Positions 46,311-58,125 are shown, counted from the first letter of the stretch. The stretch: 64,000 nucleotides of DNA from Alphaproteobacteria bacterium (GCA_024640405.1 JAHEFB010000009.1:28243-92242), one strand, 5' to 3'. Program-made: numbers and translations. The notes: generated from the sequence alone by a model not told the origin.

Positions 46311-47057
46311 TTACGCTGCAAATGCCGCGTAACCGTCCTTTTCCAGTTCAAGCGCCAGTTCCTTGCCGCCAGACTTCACGATCCTGCCGTCCGACATCAC
46401 GTGCACCCTGTCCGGCACGATGTAATCAAGCAGACGCTGATAGTGGGTAATCACAAGCATGGCACGCTCAGGCGAACGCAGTGCGTTCACACCTTCTGCA
46501 ACCACACGCAGCGCGTCGATATCAAGACCGGAGTCGGTTTCGTCCAGAACACACAAGGCAGGCTCAAGCACTGCCATCTGCAGGATTTCGGCGCGTTTCT
46601 TTTCACCGCCGGAAAAGCCGACATTGACCGGACGCTTCAACATATCCGTTGTCACGTTCAGTTGTTCCGCCTTGCCACGTACAAGCCGCATGAAGTCAGG
46701 TGTTGTCATTTCGTCTTCGCCGCGCGCCTTGCGCTGTGCATTCAGTGCCACTTTCAGAAACTGCATGGTGGCAACACCGGGAATTTCAATCGGGTACTGG
46801 AACGCCAGGAACACGCCGGCAGCCGCGCGTTCATCGATCTCCATTTCCAGCAAGTCCTGACCCTTGTAGGTTATCGAGCCATCGGTGACTTCATAACCCG
46901 GCCGGCCTGCCAGCACATAGGACAAGGTGGACTTGCCTGAGCCGTTCGGGCCCATGATGGCGTTCACTTCGCCCGCATTGATGGTCAGGTCCAGGCCCTT
47001 GATAATCTGCTTGTCCTCTTCCTCGAGGCTGACATGCAGGTTCTTGATTTCAAGCAT
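46311..47057 (-). CDS. sufC: Fe-S cluster assembly ATPase SufC
   Basis: GPNGSGKST, FSGGEKKR, LDETDSGLDID and ITHYQRLL. Confidence 0.96.
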   Translation of the reverse strand: MLEIKNLHVSLEEEDKQIIKGLDLTINAGEVNAIMGPNGSGKSTLSYVLAGRPGYEVTDGSITYKGQDLLEMEIDERAAAGVFLAFQYPIEIPGVATMQFLKVALNAQRKARGEDEMTTPDFMRLVRGKAEQLNVTTDMLKRPVNVGFSGGEKKRAEILQMAVLEPALCVLDETDSGLDIDALRVVAEGVNALRSPERAMLVITHYQRLLDYIVPDRVHVMSDGRIVKSGGKELALELEKDGYAAFAA

Positions 47058-47076
47058 TCTCGTATTCCCTGTTCTT

Positions 47077-47313
47077 TCAAACTTTTCTAATCATCATCAT
47101 CAATCCGCCTGCGGCCCAGGCGACAAATCCCACTGCCCCGATGACCATCGGGACGTTCAGCCAGGCGCGGCCTCCTTCGGATGTACCGCCGATACCAATA
47201 TCAAACACCCAGAACAGGAGCCCGAATGGCAACGCTACCAGAAATATCTTGCGCGCCTTTGCGGTGAACTCTTCCAGGCTGCCAAACCGGGGCTGAAACA
47301 GACGGTCGAACAT
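47077..47313 (-). CDS. Small 2-TM hypothetical membrane protein between sufB and sufC
   Basis: GGAG SD; fits the gap exactly (8 and 19 nt spacers); two hydrophobic segments. Confidence 0.75.
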   Translation of the reverse strand: MFDRLFQPRFGSLEEFTAKARKIFLVALPFGLLFWVFDIGIGGTSEGGRAWLNVPMVIGAVGFVAWAAGGLMMMIRKV

Positions 47314-47321
47314 GGCTCCGG

Positions 47322-48839
47322 TTATCCCACACTGCCTTCCAGCGAAATGCCGATCAGCTTCTGCGTTTCGGCCATGAATTCCATCGGCAACTGCTGCAGC
47401 ACATCACGCACAAATCCGTTGACGACCAGCGCGACAGCTTCTTCTTCATCGAGTCCACGTGACTGGCAGTAGAACATCATGTCGTCGGATATTTTCGACG
47501 TGGTCGCTTCATGTTCGAATGTCGCCGTTCTGGTCTTTGATTCAATATACGGCACGGTGTGGGCACCACACTTGTCACCAATCAGCAACGAGTCGCACTG
47601 GGTGAAGTTGCGCGCGCCCTTTGCCTTTTTGTGGGTTGTCACCAGGCCACGATAGGTGTTGTCGGAGTAACCTGCGGCAATACCCTTGGAGATGATGCGG
47701 CTCGACGTATTCTTGCCGAGATGGATCATCTTGGTGCCTGAGTCGACCTGCTGGTGGCCGTTGGAAATGGCGATGGAGTAGAACTCGCCTACCGAATTGT
47801 CACCACGCAGAATGCAACTGGGGTACTTCCAGGTGACTGCAGAGCCTGTCTCGACCTGGGTCCATGACACCTTGGAATTGTCACCACGGCAGTCGGCCCG
47901 CTTGGTCACGAAGTTGTAAATTCCGCCTTTGCCGTCCTTGTCACCGGGATACCAGTTCTGAACCGTCGAATACTTGATCTCGGCATCTTCCATGGCGACC
48001 AGTTCAACCACAGCGGCATGCAGCTGGTTTTCATCGCGCATGGGTGCCGTGCAGCCTTCCAGATAGGAAACGTAAGAGCCCTTTTCCGCAATGATCAGCG
48101 TGCGCTCGAACTGACCTGTGTTTTCCGCATTGATACGGAAGTAGGTCGACAGCTCCATCGGGCAGCGAACACCTTCGGGAATGAACACAAACGATCCGTC
48201 GGTAAACACAGCTGAATTCAGTGCCGCATAATAGTTGTCACCCTGCGGCACCACCGAAAACAGATATTTCTTCACCAGTTCCGGGTGCTCGCGAATGGCT
48301 TCCGAAATGGAACAGAAGATAACGCCGGCCTTGGCCAATTCCTTCTTGAAGGTCGTCACCACCGATACACTGTCGAATACCGCATCCACCGCCACCTTGC
48401 CGGAAGCGTAGGATGGCCCTGCATCTTCGTCCAGGGTGCTCGGCTCATCATGCTTGCGAACGCCTGCGAGAAGTTCCTGTTCCTTCAGGGGGATACCGAG
48501 TTTTTCGTAAGTGCGCAGCAGTTCAGGATCAACCTCATCGAGGCTCTTGGGCCCGGTCTGTCCTTTGGGCGCCGAGTAAAAATAGATATCCTGGAAATCG
48601 ATCTTCGGATAACTGACCTTGGCCCAGTCCGGTTCATCCATCTTCAGCCATCTGGCATAGGCATCAAGACGCTGTTCCAGCATCCATTCCGGCTCTTCCT
48701 TCTTGGCGGAAATGAACTTGATCACATCTTCCGACAGGCCCTTGGGTGCCGTATCGGATTCAATTACCGTCTCAAAGCCGTACTTGTACTTGTCGACGTC
48801 AATTTCCCTGACGCGTTCGATTGTTTCGATATCGGGCAT
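47322..48839 (-). CDS. sufB: Fe-S cluster assembly protein SufB
   Basis: [20 protein letters not shown] and HEATTSKI motifs. Confidence 0.97.
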   Translation of the reverse strand: MPDIETIERVREIDVDKYKYGFETVIESDTAPKGLSEDVIKFISAKKEEPEWMLEQRLDAYARWLKMDEPDWAKVSYPKIDFQDIYFYSAPKGQTGPKSLDEVDPELLRTYEKLGIPLKEQELLAGVRKHDEPSTLDEDAGPSYASGKVAVDAVFDSVSVVTTFKKELAKAGVIFCSISEAIREHPELVKKYLFSVVPQGDNYYAALNSAVFTDGSFVFIPEGVRCPMELSTYFRINAENTGQFERTLIIAEKGSYVSYLEGCTAPMRDENQLHAAVVELVAMEDAEIKYSTVQNWYPGDKDGKGGIYNFVTKRADCRGDNSKVSWTQVETGSAVTWKYPSCILRGDNSVGEFYSIAISNGHQQVDSGTKMIHLGKNTSSRIISKGIAAGYSDNTYRGLVTTHKKAKGARNFTQCDSLLIGDKCGAHTVPYIESKTRTATFEHEATTSKISDDMMFYCQSRGLDEEEAVALVVNGFVRDVLQQLPMEFMAETQKLIGISLEGSVG

Positions 48840-48867
48840 TTCTCGCCTCTCCTTACCTGCAATTCAC

Positions 48868-49983
48868 TCAGGCAGCCGCCGCGCGCGCCACATGGCGTCC
48901 CGCGATCTTCTGCCAGCTGTCTGAAAATCTGCTCACATCTTCTACGGTGGACGACCATCCCAGGCTCACCCGGATTGCCGACTTTGTTGCTATTTCACCT
49001 GCTCCCATGGCCTCAAGCACATGACTTGACTGAACCTTGCCGGACGAACATGCAGAACCTGAAGACACTGCAATTCCGTCCAGATCGAAAGCCATCAACG
49101 CTGTATCAGCCTCAAGACCATTGAGCGCGAAACAAACGGTGTTGGGTAACCGATCGACATCTGCCGAGAACACAACCACCTCACCCGGACCGTCTTCAAG
49201 AACTGATTCAATCTGCAACCGCAACCCCTTGATATCGGATTCGGTTTGGCTGGCAGCGCGGGCAGCTGCAGCAAAGCCTGCAATGCCGGCAGTGTTTTCA
49301 GTGCCTGCCCGGCGCCGAAGTTCCTGCCCGCCACCGGCAATCAATGGAGCAACCGGCAAACCATCACGCACCACCAGGGCACCGACGCCTTGCGGCCCAC
49401 CCAGCTTGTGGGCTGATACGCTCAACATATCCACGCCAAGCAAACCGAAATTCACCGGTATTTTTCCAAACGCCTGCACCGCATCACAATGCACCAGCGC
49501 ATTGTGTTTCTGAGCGATCGCTACAACATCTCGAACCGGCTGAATTGCGCCGGTTTCATTGTTGGCCAGCATGACGGAAACCAGCACGCGTCCTTCGCCA
49601 TCGTCGAGAAGTTGTTCAAGTGCCTGCAAGTCAACCACACCGGCTTCGTCGACGTCGGCAACATCAACCTGGCAACCTGCGGCACGGGCCGCTTCCAGCA
49701 CGCACGGGTGCTCAACAGAAGATACAATAATGCGGCTTGCGCTGACACCGCACAGCGCCTGATTACAGCTTTCAGAACCGCCACTGGTGAACACAATGGT
49801 CGGTGCAATTGTGCCCAGTTCCCGCGCAATCACGTCACGCGCAGTTTCAATCACCGCGCGGGCCTTGCGTCCTTCTTCATGTACGGAGGATGCGTTTCCG
49901 TGCAGTTCAAGCGCGGCCATCATCGCCTTGCCTGCTTCGGGCCTCAATGGGCTGGTTGCGTTATGATCAAGATAGGTACGCAT
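48868..49983 (-). CDS. iscS: Cysteine desulfurase, IscS/NifS type
   Basis: YLDHNATSP, NNETG, SAHK.GGP.G.G and SSGSACSSG motifs. Confidence 0.92.
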   Translation of the reverse strand: MRTYLDHNATSPLRPEAGKAMMAALELHGNASSVHEEGRKARAVIETARDVIARELGTIAPTIVFTSGGSESCNQALCGVSASRIIVSSVEHPCVLEAARAAGCQVDVADVDEAGVVDLQALEQLLDDGEGRVLVSVMLANNETGAIQPVRDVVAIAQKHNALVHCDAVQAFGKIPVNFGLLGVDMLSVSAHKLGGPQGVGALVVRDGLPVAPLIAGGGQELRRRAGTENTAGIAGFAAAARAASQTESDIKGLRLQIESVLEDGPGEVVVFSADVDRLPNTVCFALNGLEADTALMAFDLDGIAVSSGSACSSGKVQSSHVLEAMGAGEIATKSAIRVSLGWSSTVEDVSRFSDSWQKIAGRHVARAAAA

Positions 49984-49995
49984 GACACCGGATAC

Positions 49996-50469
49996 TCAAC
50001 CTTGCGCCATATTGCTGACCGGGTGTGTCTTGGCACGGCGAATTGAGGCTTCCAGCGCCAGGTTGCGCCGGTTGACGACATCCCCCAGCGTTACCGCTGA
50101 CAAAAACCCGAAAACCTGGCGGCCAAGCGCCGCCCACAGCTCATGGGTCACGCATTTTTCGCCCTTCACGCAACCATCAATGGCATCGCCCTGACAGCGG
50201 GTTACCTGCATTGGTTCATCCGACGCGCTCACGATGTCTGCGATGTTTATGCGATCTGCCGGGCGCGAAAGCCGGTATCCGCCGCCGGGGCCACGCTGAC
50301 TTTCCACCAGACCGGCACGACGAAGTTTGGCGAATAGCTGCTCCAGGTATTCCTGGCTGATGTCCTGACGCTCTGAGACCTCTCCCAGAGGCACCAATGT
50401 ACCTTCGGGCTGTGACGCTATATCCGCCATGGCCATGACAGCATATCTGCCTTTTGTAGAGAGCTTCAT
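49996..50469 (-). CDS. iscR: Rrf2 family Fe-S cluster regulator IscR
   Basis: MKLSTKGRYA, YLEQLF, RGPGGGY; three Cys plus His (RC-x7-C-x5-CVTH). Confidence 0.88.
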   Translation of the reverse strand: MKLSTKGRYAVMAMADIASQPEGTLVPLGEVSERQDISQEYLEQLFAKLRRAGLVESQRGPGGGYRLSRPADRINIADIVSASDEPMQVTRCQGDAIDGCVKGEKCVTHELWAALGRQVFGFLSAVTLGDVVNRRNLALEASIRRAKTHPVSNMAQG

Positions 50470-50625
50470 GTCTTTAACCCATCCCGTCGGCGCACGACTG
50501 TCTTCAGGCAACATGCCCGATGCCCGTAACGCTTGCATTCCGGCTGTCAAATTGTGTAAGACCCCGCCTAAGCGCCGGTTTCCGGCTCACAACGGTTTCT
50601 TGAATAATTCTAAACTGGATATAGA

Positions 50626-50650
50626 ATACCCGACAAATAGAGTCAACAAT
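50626..50650. promoter_or_regulatory. IscR type-1 binding site ATACCCGACAAATAGAGTCAACAAT
   Basis: 22 of 25 positions match ATASYYGACTRwwwYAGTCRRSTAT, upstream of the iscR-suf operon. Confidence 0.75.
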
Positions 50651-50762
50651 ACAATCCTGCCGAATTCAGCATATTTCACTTCAAAAGCTGATCAAGGCGG
50701 CCAAAACCTCGTTGCCTCGTCATAGCGCCCCGGCAACCAATTTAAGACAGGACGTCAAACGC

Positions 50763-51419
50763 ATGCCTGAGGTCATTTTTAACGGACCCGCCGGTCGAAT
50801 TGAAGGCCGCTATCACCACAACCCGGAACACGGCTCACCTATCGCACTGATTCTGCATCCGCACCCGCAGTTTGGTGGAACGATGAACAACCCGATCGTG
50901 CACGATCAGTATTACATGTTCCGTGATCGCGGCTTCTCGGTGCTTCGCTTCAACTTTCGCGGTGTCGGACGTTCACAGGGACTGTTCGACAATGGAGCCG
51001 GCGAACTGTCCGACGCCGCTGCTGCCCTCGACTGGATGCAGACCTACAACAAGGAAGCGGCAACCTGCTGGATCGTCGGGATTTCATTCGGCGCATGGAT
51101 TTCCATGCAGCTGTTGATGCGGCGTCCAGAAATTGCCGGATTCATCTCGATAGCCCCGCTGGCCAAGCATTATGACTTTTCATTCCTGGCGCCGTGTCCG
51201 GCATCCGGCCTGTTCGTCAATGGCCAGTATGACACCGTCACACCGGCAGATTCCATCAATGCACTGGTAGCCAAGCTGAAGACTCAGAAAGGCATCAAGA
51301 TCGACCATACTGTGATGCCGGAAACCAACCACTTTTTTGAAGGCAAAATTCCGGAACTGACCGAGATCTGCGCAGAGTATCTGGACAAACGCCTCGCGGT
51401 GGAACTGAAGGAAGATTAA
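50763..51419 (+). CDS. Alpha/beta hydrolase (conserved, divergent from iscR)
   Basis: LHPHPQFGGTMNN, RFNFRGVGRS, GISFG and HFF motifs. Confidence 0.92.
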   Translation: MPEVIFNGPAGRIEGRYHHNPEHGSPIALILHPHPQFGGTMNNPIVHDQYYMFRDRGFSVLRFNFRGVGRSQGLFDNGAGELSDAAAALDWMQTYNKEAATCWIVGISFGAWISMQLLMRRPEIAGFISIAPLAKHYDFSFLAPCPASGLFVNGQYDTVTPADSINALVAKLKTQKGIKIDHTVMPETNHFFEGKIPELTEICAEYLDKRLAVELKED

Positions 51420-52528
51420 AGCTCTTCGGGTTCAAACCACGCGCCGCCGGACACCGGCTCCCGCGTACCGGTGGTACCGGGCCATGTGAGGGGCAACCCG
51501 TTGATAGAGCGCACCGCCAAATAAGCCCACGCCTCAGCCTCAATGGCATCTCCGTCCGCGTGAATTGCTTCTGCGGGCACGACCGGCGCATCAATGAGGC
51601 CGGCGAGGCATTCCATCAGAAAACGGTTCTTACGCCCACCACCGCAAATGACCCAGTATGCCGGTGGTGTGGTGCACCAGCCAGCCGCATCAGCAATGGA
51701 GTGCGCACTGAACATCATCAGGGTGGCAGCACCATCGGCCGCGGCCAGGTGTTTCACCGGATTCAGACTGAAGCTTGCCCTGTCCAGTGACTTGGGCGGC
51801 GCCTCATGAAAATACGGATGGCGGCGAAGCTCTGCCAGGGCAAGTTCATCTACAGTGCCAGATCGTGCCAGAGCACCGTCTATATCGACCGGTTTGCCGG
51901 TGTGTCGCAAACACCAGTCGTCCATCAAGGCGTTACCCGGACCGCTGTCAAATGCCAGCACACTTCCCGTATCATCAACAAAAGTGACATTCCCCACCCC
52001 ACCGATGTTCACAAATGCCACCGGTCTGCCAGGCACTGAGGCTGCCAGTGCAGCGTGATAAGCCGGTGCCAGCGGAGCCCCTTGCCCACCATGCAACATG
52101 TCGTTGGCCCGCATATCTGCGATGACGCGAAGCCCTGTGGCGTTGGCGAGGGCCTGTCCGTCGCCCAACTGGACCGTCATGCCAATCTCAGGCCTGTGGA
52201 GGACCGTCTGTCCATGAAACCCGACGATGATCTCACTCGCCTTGTCGACGGCGTGCTTGTTACAAAACCAGTCAATTGCCTCTGCGTGCCAGCGCGTGAT
52301 GTCTGCCTCGATTTGTGACAATTTTCCTGGCCGGGCATCTCGCGACTGCAAACCGGCTGACAGTGCCATAGCCTCAGCCAGCAAAGCGCGTTGATCGGCA
52401 TCATAGTCGACGGCGTCGAATGCCAGAGCTTCCACCATCGCTTCGCCGTCGGTGCGGATCAGGGCGATATCAATGCCGTCCATTGAGGTGCCGCTCATCA
52501 ACCCGATTGCCGTGATTGGATTTGCCAT
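51416..52528 (-). CDS. anmK: Anhydro-N-acetylmuramic acid kinase
   Basis: [35 protein letters not shown] and CGGG motifs. Confidence 0.95.
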   Translation of the reverse strand: MANPITAIGLMSGTSMDGIDIALIRTDGEAMVEALAFDAVDYDADQRALLAEAMALSAGLQSRDARPGKLSQIEADITRWHAEAIDWFCNKHAVDKASEIIVGFHGQTVLHRPEIGMTVQLGDGQALANATGLRVIADMRANDMLHGGQGAPLAPAYHAALAASVPGRPVAFVNIGGVGNVTFVDDTGSVLAFDSGPGNALMDDWCLRHTGKPVDIDGALARSGTVDELALAELRRHPYFHEAPPKSLDRASFSLNPVKHLAAADGAATLMMFSAHSIADAAGWCTTPPAYWVICGGGRKNRFLMECLAGLIDAPVVPAEAIHADGDAIEAEAWAYLAVRSINGLPLTWPGTTGTREPVSGGAWFEPEEL

Positions 52529-52577
52529 TTTTCCTCGTCATGCTATGAGGCACTCACATTATCACAAGAGTGTTTAC

Positions 52578-53813
52578 ATGACCTATAAATCAGACTTTCT
52601 CAACGTGCTTGATGAGCGTGGCTTCATCCACCAATGCTCCGACTTCGAAGGCCTGGACAACCTGGCTGCAAAGCGTGAAGTTGTCGGCTATGTCGGTTAT
52701 GACTGTACAGCACCTTCACTGCACATCGGCAATTTCTTGAGCATGATGATGCTGCATTGGCTGCAGCAAACCGGTAACAAACCCATCACACTGATGGGCG
52801 GCGGCACCACAATGGTCGGTGATCCGTCCGGCAAGGATGAAACCCGTGCCTTGCGAACGCCGGAAGAAATTGACGCCAACAAGGCGTCGATCAAGGGCGT
52901 TTTCAAACAGGTTCTGTCATTTGGCGACGGCAATAAAGATGCAATCATGGTCGACAACGCCGACTGGCTGCTGAAGCTTAGTTACATCGACATGTTGCGC
53001 AACGTTGGCCGGCATTTCTCTGTCAACCGGATGCTGACGATGGATTCCGTGCGGCTTCGGCTGGAGCGCGAGCAGGAGATGAGCTTTATCGAATTCAACT
53101 ACATGGTCTGCCAGTCGTATGACTATGTAGAACTCGCCCGGCGGTATGGTTGTAATCTGCAAATGGGCGGGTCCGATCAATGGGGCAATATTGTCAACGG
53201 AGTAGACCTTGGCCGGCGCATGGGGACCCACCAGCTTTATGCACTGACAACGCCGCTCCTGACCACTGCGTCAGGTGCAAAAATGGGCAAAACAGCTCAG
53301 GGCGCCGTGTGGCTGAATGAAGAACAATTCAGTGCGTGGGACTTCTGGCAGTACTGGCGTAACACCGAAGACGGTGACGTGGTGCGTTTCCTGAAACTGT
53401 TCACCACCCTGCCTATGGCTGAAATCGCCAAACTGGAAAAGCTGGGCGGGGCTGAAATCAACGAAGCCAAGAAGGTGCTGGCCAATCAGGCGACCGCGCT
53501 GCTGCACGGCAGGGACGCGGCAGACGCGGCAGCAGCAACTGCTCAGAAAACATTTGAAGAAGGTGGGCTGGCGCAGGATCTTCCAACAATTTTGGGCAAA
53601 CCCGGTGATGGCCTGTTGTCATTGTTTGTCACCGCAGGTCTTGCATCCAGCAATGGCGAAGTGCGGCGCGCCATCACCGGCAATTCGGTAAGCGTGAACG
53701 ATACAAAAATCACTGACCCTGCCTACGTGGCAAGTGATGCAGATTTCAACAAAGATGGCTTGATGAAAATATCGCTGGGCAAGAAACGCCACGCTCTGGT
53801 CAAATGCAGATAG
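52578..53813 (+). CDS. tyrS: Tyrosine--tRNA ligase
   Basis: [20 protein letters not shown] and KMGKT; C-terminal S4 domain. Confidence 0.97.
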   Translation: MTYKSDFLNVLDERGFIHQCSDFEGLDNLAAKREVVGYVGYDCTAPSLHIGNFLSMMMLHWLQQTGNKPITLMGGGTTMVGDPSGKDETRALRTPEEIDANKASIKGVFKQVLSFGDGNKDAIMVDNADWLLKLSYIDMLRNVGRHFSVNRMLTMDSVRLRLEREQEMSFIEFNYMVCQSYDYVELARRYGCNLQMGGSDQWGNIVNGVDLGRRMGTHQLYALTTPLLTTASGAKMGKTAQGAVWLNEEQFSAWDFWQYWRNTEDGDVVRFLKLFTTLPMAEIAKLEKLGGAEINEAKKVLANQATALLHGRDAADAAAATAQKTFEEGGLAQDLPTILGKPGDGLLSLFVTAGLASSNGEVRRAITGNSVSVNDTKITDPAYVASDADFNKDGLMKISLGKKRHALVKCR

Positions 53814-53880
53814 GCGGAAACGGAGGACGATTAATCGAACCGGTTGTGCAGCCCTGAGGTCGCACCATCTGGTCCCGATG

Positions 53881-56800
53881 CTATTTGGTGGAATTCAGTT
53901 GCTGCTGGCGCACCCTCTGGTTTCTGTTCTGTGAGGGTTGCAGACCCGTTCCACCCGGTTGCCTGCTGCCGCGAGCCGTGCCATCCGAGTTTGTCTGTCC
54001 TCCTCCGATATTGAACAGATTGCGAAAAATTCCAGGTGCAATTGCGGACACCGGATTGACCAGAAAACGTGGCCTGTCCATCGATCCCTTCAACGCGAAA
54101 TTCAAACCGAAAACACCCTGCCCCTTGCCGCCCGTTAGAACATCGCCAAGAACAGGGACATTCGAAATTGCGGAATTCAAGGCGTAGGCCGGTATTATGG
54201 TGCCCCCGATGTCCATTGCCAGGTCATTCTTGCGAATAATTCCCTGCGCCGATGCTCCAATATCCGGGCCCTGAACCAGCGCATCTCCAATGCGGACAAA
54301 ATTGTTGTCGACCGAGAACGGCAGGGAAAGCCGGGAAAGCCGCAAGCCATTTCTTCTTGGTCCGGCACTGCGCCCTGCCTGCCTGGCCGAATTGTCAATT
54401 TGCGACAACGCAGCTTCATTGTGGACAGCAAAATTGCGCACCTCAAGAAGGCCGCGTTGTATTGCACCCTGCCCCGGATTTCCCAGAATGGCACCAAAGT
54501 CGATTGTTCCACCGGAAATTTTTGAATACAGATTGGTTGCGCGCAGAGTTGCTCCGGCATCTCTGCCGGTTACACGCATACGCCGCTGGCCATTGCTGTC
54601 GCGGGCAATTCGCATGGTTATCGGCGCACCGTTTTGGTACTTACCGGTAATTTCTGCACCTTGAACCGCACCATCTTTCGTAACCAGCCGGCCTTGCAGA
54701 TTGTTGACCACCTCGCCGCGGTGAACATAAATGCGACTGATGTTGGTGTTTATTGAAACCGGGTGCTCCTCCGAGCTACGGCTCCCGCCAACTTTACTGG
54801 ACATCATGCGTGATATCAGCGGTCTGGCATCAAGGCTGGCTCCCCCGACGCCCAACTGCAATGAACCAGAAGAATTATCGATTTCCAAAGCAAGCTGGTT
54901 GGTGTTGCTCAGGATGAATCTTGGGAATGAGGCGTCCAGCAAACCGTTCGTCTCGCGGCTTATGCGCACCTTTCCAAGTATCTTGAGTTGCCCACCGGTA
55001 ATGGCCATGTCATCAAGAACAATCACCTTGCCATCGTTCAAATTCACCTTGAAACTGGCCTTCGTATCCTTCGTGGGGTTTCGCGTCCAACCAATTGCGT
55101 CAACCGCCAGGGACGTTTTTGACAGATCAGCGTCCACCTTTGCAGAAACGATCTGGGAACCGCGCCGGACCATGGAAATTTTCAGCGGCGTGGGCCCCAG
55201 CAGATATGGTGCCAGTTCAACTCCCAGCTTCTGCCTGTCCCTGTCAGTGAGAACTGCTGAAATTGTCATGTCCTCATCAGCATTCGCGCTCTTGCTCAAA
55301 GGTCTGCGCCAGGTCAGTTGCGCTTTTTTCTCTCCCAGGGTCACGGTGCCCTTACCTGTTATGACGGTATCTTCCAGGACCAGTCCGATATCTGCATTTT
55401 TAATGTCGATACCTTCAATGGCATTGTCTATCTGGCCATCAATCAGCCTTGCGTTGGCAGATACCGTGATTTCGGAAGATGTAATGCCGGGTTTTAGCGG
55501 CATGGCCAATGTCAACTCGACCACACCTCGACCCCGTACCGCATTCAGGTCGAAGGTTGAATCACTCACCAGACCAAGGGGCGGCAAGTCAGCATACTCG
55601 TGAAACCCGGCAACATTGCTTTCCAGGTTCAGATTCAACGTCGCGGGTGAGATCGGCAATGCCAGCTTGGTAATCTGCATATTGCCACCGGCAATTTTGA
55701 TATCCTTGCCGGACGGCAGAGCAATCGTTCCCTGGTCCACATTGATGTCAAACACTCGACCGGTGAGATGAAAATTGCCGTTGGCATCGGTTACGGGAGG
55801 CAAACCATCGGCGTAGGTAAATGCTACGCCGGCTGCCTTGAACTTCAAATCGACGGCATCGGACGGTAAGGGCTTTCCCTTGAGCGCCTGCTCAATTTCA
55901 GGGCCGGAAAGCCTGACCCTGAATTCCGCGTCGCTGACCACCCCGGTACGGAGATTTTCCCGATACCATTTGCGCGATTGTGCAGCAATGACCGGCGGCC
56001 ACAATTTCCGGATTATATCATGCCCGAGCGATCGTCCGCGCCCCGCCATATAGACGCCCACCGCGTCGCCGTCTGCTACAAATTGTCCGCGAACCCTTAC
56101 GCCACCATCACCTGACAGCACAATCAGATCATCAACCAGAAAGCGCCGTTCTTCAAACAGCGCTTGCCCGGTCAACTTAAACTCGTCAATGACACTGCCG
56201 TCAGACCCGGCGCTTGGAGTGTCTATGTTGAGGTTTTGAGCATTCAGTTCAATTCGTGCGGCGATAACCTCCTGCTGCTGGTTGCGAACAGGCGCAAAAC
56301 GACCGTTGAAACGGGCTTCTGTTCCGCGGATCACCAGCGTGGAATCATTGATGACCAGGTGCCCTTCCTGCGGCTCAAATTTCAGGCGCAGCAAACCCTC
56401 ATCGATCAATACAGGGTCTGAAATATACCCCGGAAACGAAACCTTGCCAGCCTTTACAGCCAACACGCCCGCACCGGCCAGCATCTCACCCTTGTTGGAT
56501 ACCTCGAACTCCATTTCGCCGGACATGGGAAGGTCGAAATTGGCAAGTTGATTGAAGGCAAACAACTTTCGGGCAACGTCTGCCGGGGTCACTCCGTCGA
56601 CCTTGGCGATAACCTTGAACACGCTGGAATCAATGCGATACGTGGTCAGCACCTCTGTACGCCATGTTGGGCCATCCGCCGAAATGTCAGCATCCATGAA
56701 CAATGCGAAGCCGCCGTCAGCACGTTTGAATTTCAGGTTGGCGCGCGGAGAAATCCAAAGCTGGCCCTGGATTTCATCCTTGAACGAAATCTGCGCTTCG

Positions 56801-57396
56801 GAAACCTCGATTGCTTCCAGCGAATCCGCGTCACCGCCGCCTTTGCTTTGCAACAGATTGTTGATTGTCGCAGCAATGGATCCGGTGGAACTGCCTGCCT
56901 GCTGCTTTTCGGATTGCACAACAATGCCGTTTTGCCCCGAATTAACATCCGACTTTCCTGTCGTGTCATTGTAACCAGAAAACCCCATGGCAATTTCGCC
57001 ATCTGCATTGCGACTGGCCAAAATGCGCGCACCGATTAGCTCAAGCCGTTTGGGCTTCACATTTCCAGTAAGTATTTCACCGATATCAACGGCAATTGCG
57101 GCACGCGGCGCGCGAGCAATGAGATTACCGTTTGTGTCTGACAACCGAACATTGGCCAACCGTAATGTCGGATGCCCGCCGTCGCTGCCGCGTTCTATCA
57201 CAACATCGTCAAGTTCGACCTTCAGTCCAGGAATGGAACCACTTACGCGCTCCTGCACCATGTCCTTCATGAAACCGACGCTGATCGGACCTGACGACAG
57301 CGAGAAAACCAAAGTCGCAACCGCTATCGTCGCGATGCCCATCGCCACGAGTATTGCTGTTATCCAGGCTACGCCTTTTAATGCCCGGCTGGCCAA
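53881..57396 (-). CDS. AsmA-like/YhdP-like (DUF3971) large envelope protein
   Basis: N-terminal anchor, long beta-rich body; C-terminal GTIIPAYALNS...NP.SAIAPG. Confidence 0.85.
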   Translation of the reverse strand: MASRALKGVAWITAILVAMGIATIAVATLVFSLSSGPISVGFMKDMVQERVSGSIPGLKVELDDVVIERGSDGGHPTLRLANVRLSDTNGNLIARAPRAAIAVDIGEILTGNVKPKRLELIGARILASRNADGEIAMGFSGYNDTTGKSDVNSGQNGIVVQSEKQQAGSSTGSIAATINNLLQSKGGGDADSLEAIEVSEAQISFKDEIQGQLWISPRANLKFKRADGGFALFMDADISADGPTWRTEVLTTYRIDSSVFKVIAKVDGVTPADVARKLFAFNQLANFDLPMSGEMEFEVSNKGEMLAGAGVLAVKAGKVSFPGYISDPVLIDEGLLRLKFEPQEGHLVINDSTLVIRGTEARFNGRFAPVRNQQQEVIAARIELNAQNLNIDTPSAGSDGSVIDEFKLTGQALFEERRFLVDDLIVLSGDGGVRVRGQFVADGDAVGVYMAGRGRSLGHDIIRKLWPPVIAAQSRKWYRENLRTGVVSDAEFRVRLSGPEIEQALKGKPLPSDAVDLKFKAAGVAFTYADGLPPVTDANGNFHLTGRVFDINVDQGTIALPSGKDIKIAGGNMQITKLALPISPATLNLNLESNVAGFHEYADLPPLGLVSDSTFDLNAVRGRGVVELTLAMPLKPGITSSEITVSANARLIDGQIDNAIEGIDIKNADIGLVLEDTVITGKGTVTLGEKKAQLTWRRPLSKSANADEDMTISAVLTDRDRQKLGVELAPYLLGPTPLKISMVRRGSQIVSAKVDADLSKTSLAVDAIGWTRNPTKDTKASFKVNLNDGKVIVLDDMAITGGQLKILGKVRISRETNGLLDASFPRFILSNTNQLALEIDNSSGSLQLGVGGASLDARPLISRMMSSKVGGSRSSEEHPVSINTNISRIYVHRGEVVNNLQGRLVTKDGAVQGAEITGKYQNGAPITMRIARDSNGQRRMRVTGRDAGATLRATNLYSKISGGTIDFGAILGNPGQGAIQRGLLEVRNFAVHNEAALSQIDNSARQAGRSAGPRRNGLRLSRLSLPFSVDNNFVRIGDALVQGPDIGASAQGIIRKNDLAMDIGGTIIPAYALNSAISNVPVLGDVLTGGKGQGVFGLNFALKGSMDRPRFLVNPVSAIAPGIFRNLFNIGGGQTNSDGTARGSRQPGGTGLQPSQNRNQRVRQQQLNSTK

Positions 57397-57651
57397 GTTT
57401 CCGCTCTTTTCTGTTTCTGTGGCAGTACCACGAAACCGCTAGTCCCAGCGATGGTCTACTGCCTCCGTACAAAGGTGGAAGGCACATGTTTCACTTTACA
57501 TTCGGTTAGGGCCCAATTGTGACCCATTATCTTGTGCTTATACAGCCTCTTGCAAAAATCACCAGACCATCTCCAAAAAACCCAATTTCGCCTTCAAATA
57601 GTATAACAAACAGCTCCTTATCAACTACCCATCAAGGAAATTCTCCCCGCG

Positions 57652-58125
57652 ATGAACAGTCCACTCGAATCAGGCGACGCAATGCCTCAGTTTAATCTAG
57701 ATGCTGACAGTGCGTCGCGAATTACAAGTGACGACCTGAAAGGTCAAAAGGCAGTCATCTATTTTTACCCCAAGGACGACACGCCAGGCTGCACAAAAGA
57801 AGCGATTGCATTCACCAAATTCAAACCGGAGTTTGAAGCGGCCGGCACCAGAATCGTCGGGATATCTGCTGATCCCGCCCAAAAACATGATAAATTCATC
57901 GCCAAGCATGGTCTGGATATCACATTGGGATCCGACCCGGAGCTGGATACGCTCAAAGCTTTCGGAGTGTGGGTACAAAAAGCCATGTACGGGCGCAAAT
58001 ATTTCGGCATAGAACGCTCAACCTTCCTGGTGGGAGCGGACGGCAAAATTGCCCGAGTTTGGCGCAAGGTCAAAGTATCCGGTCATGTGGAAGATGTCTT
58101 GAAGGCCGCCGAAGCGCTCGATTGA
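57652..58125 (+). CDS. bcp: Peroxiredoxin Bcp/PrxQ
   Basis: YFYPKDDTPGCTKEA and IERSTFL motifs. Confidence 0.93.
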   Translation: MNSPLESGDAMPQFNLDADSASRITSDDLKGQKAVIYFYPKDDTPGCTKEAIAFTKFKPEFEAAGTRIVGISADPAQKHDKFIAKHGLDITLGSDPELDTLKAFGVWVQKAMYGRKYFGIERSTFLVGADGKIARVWRKVKVSGHVEDVLKAAEALD

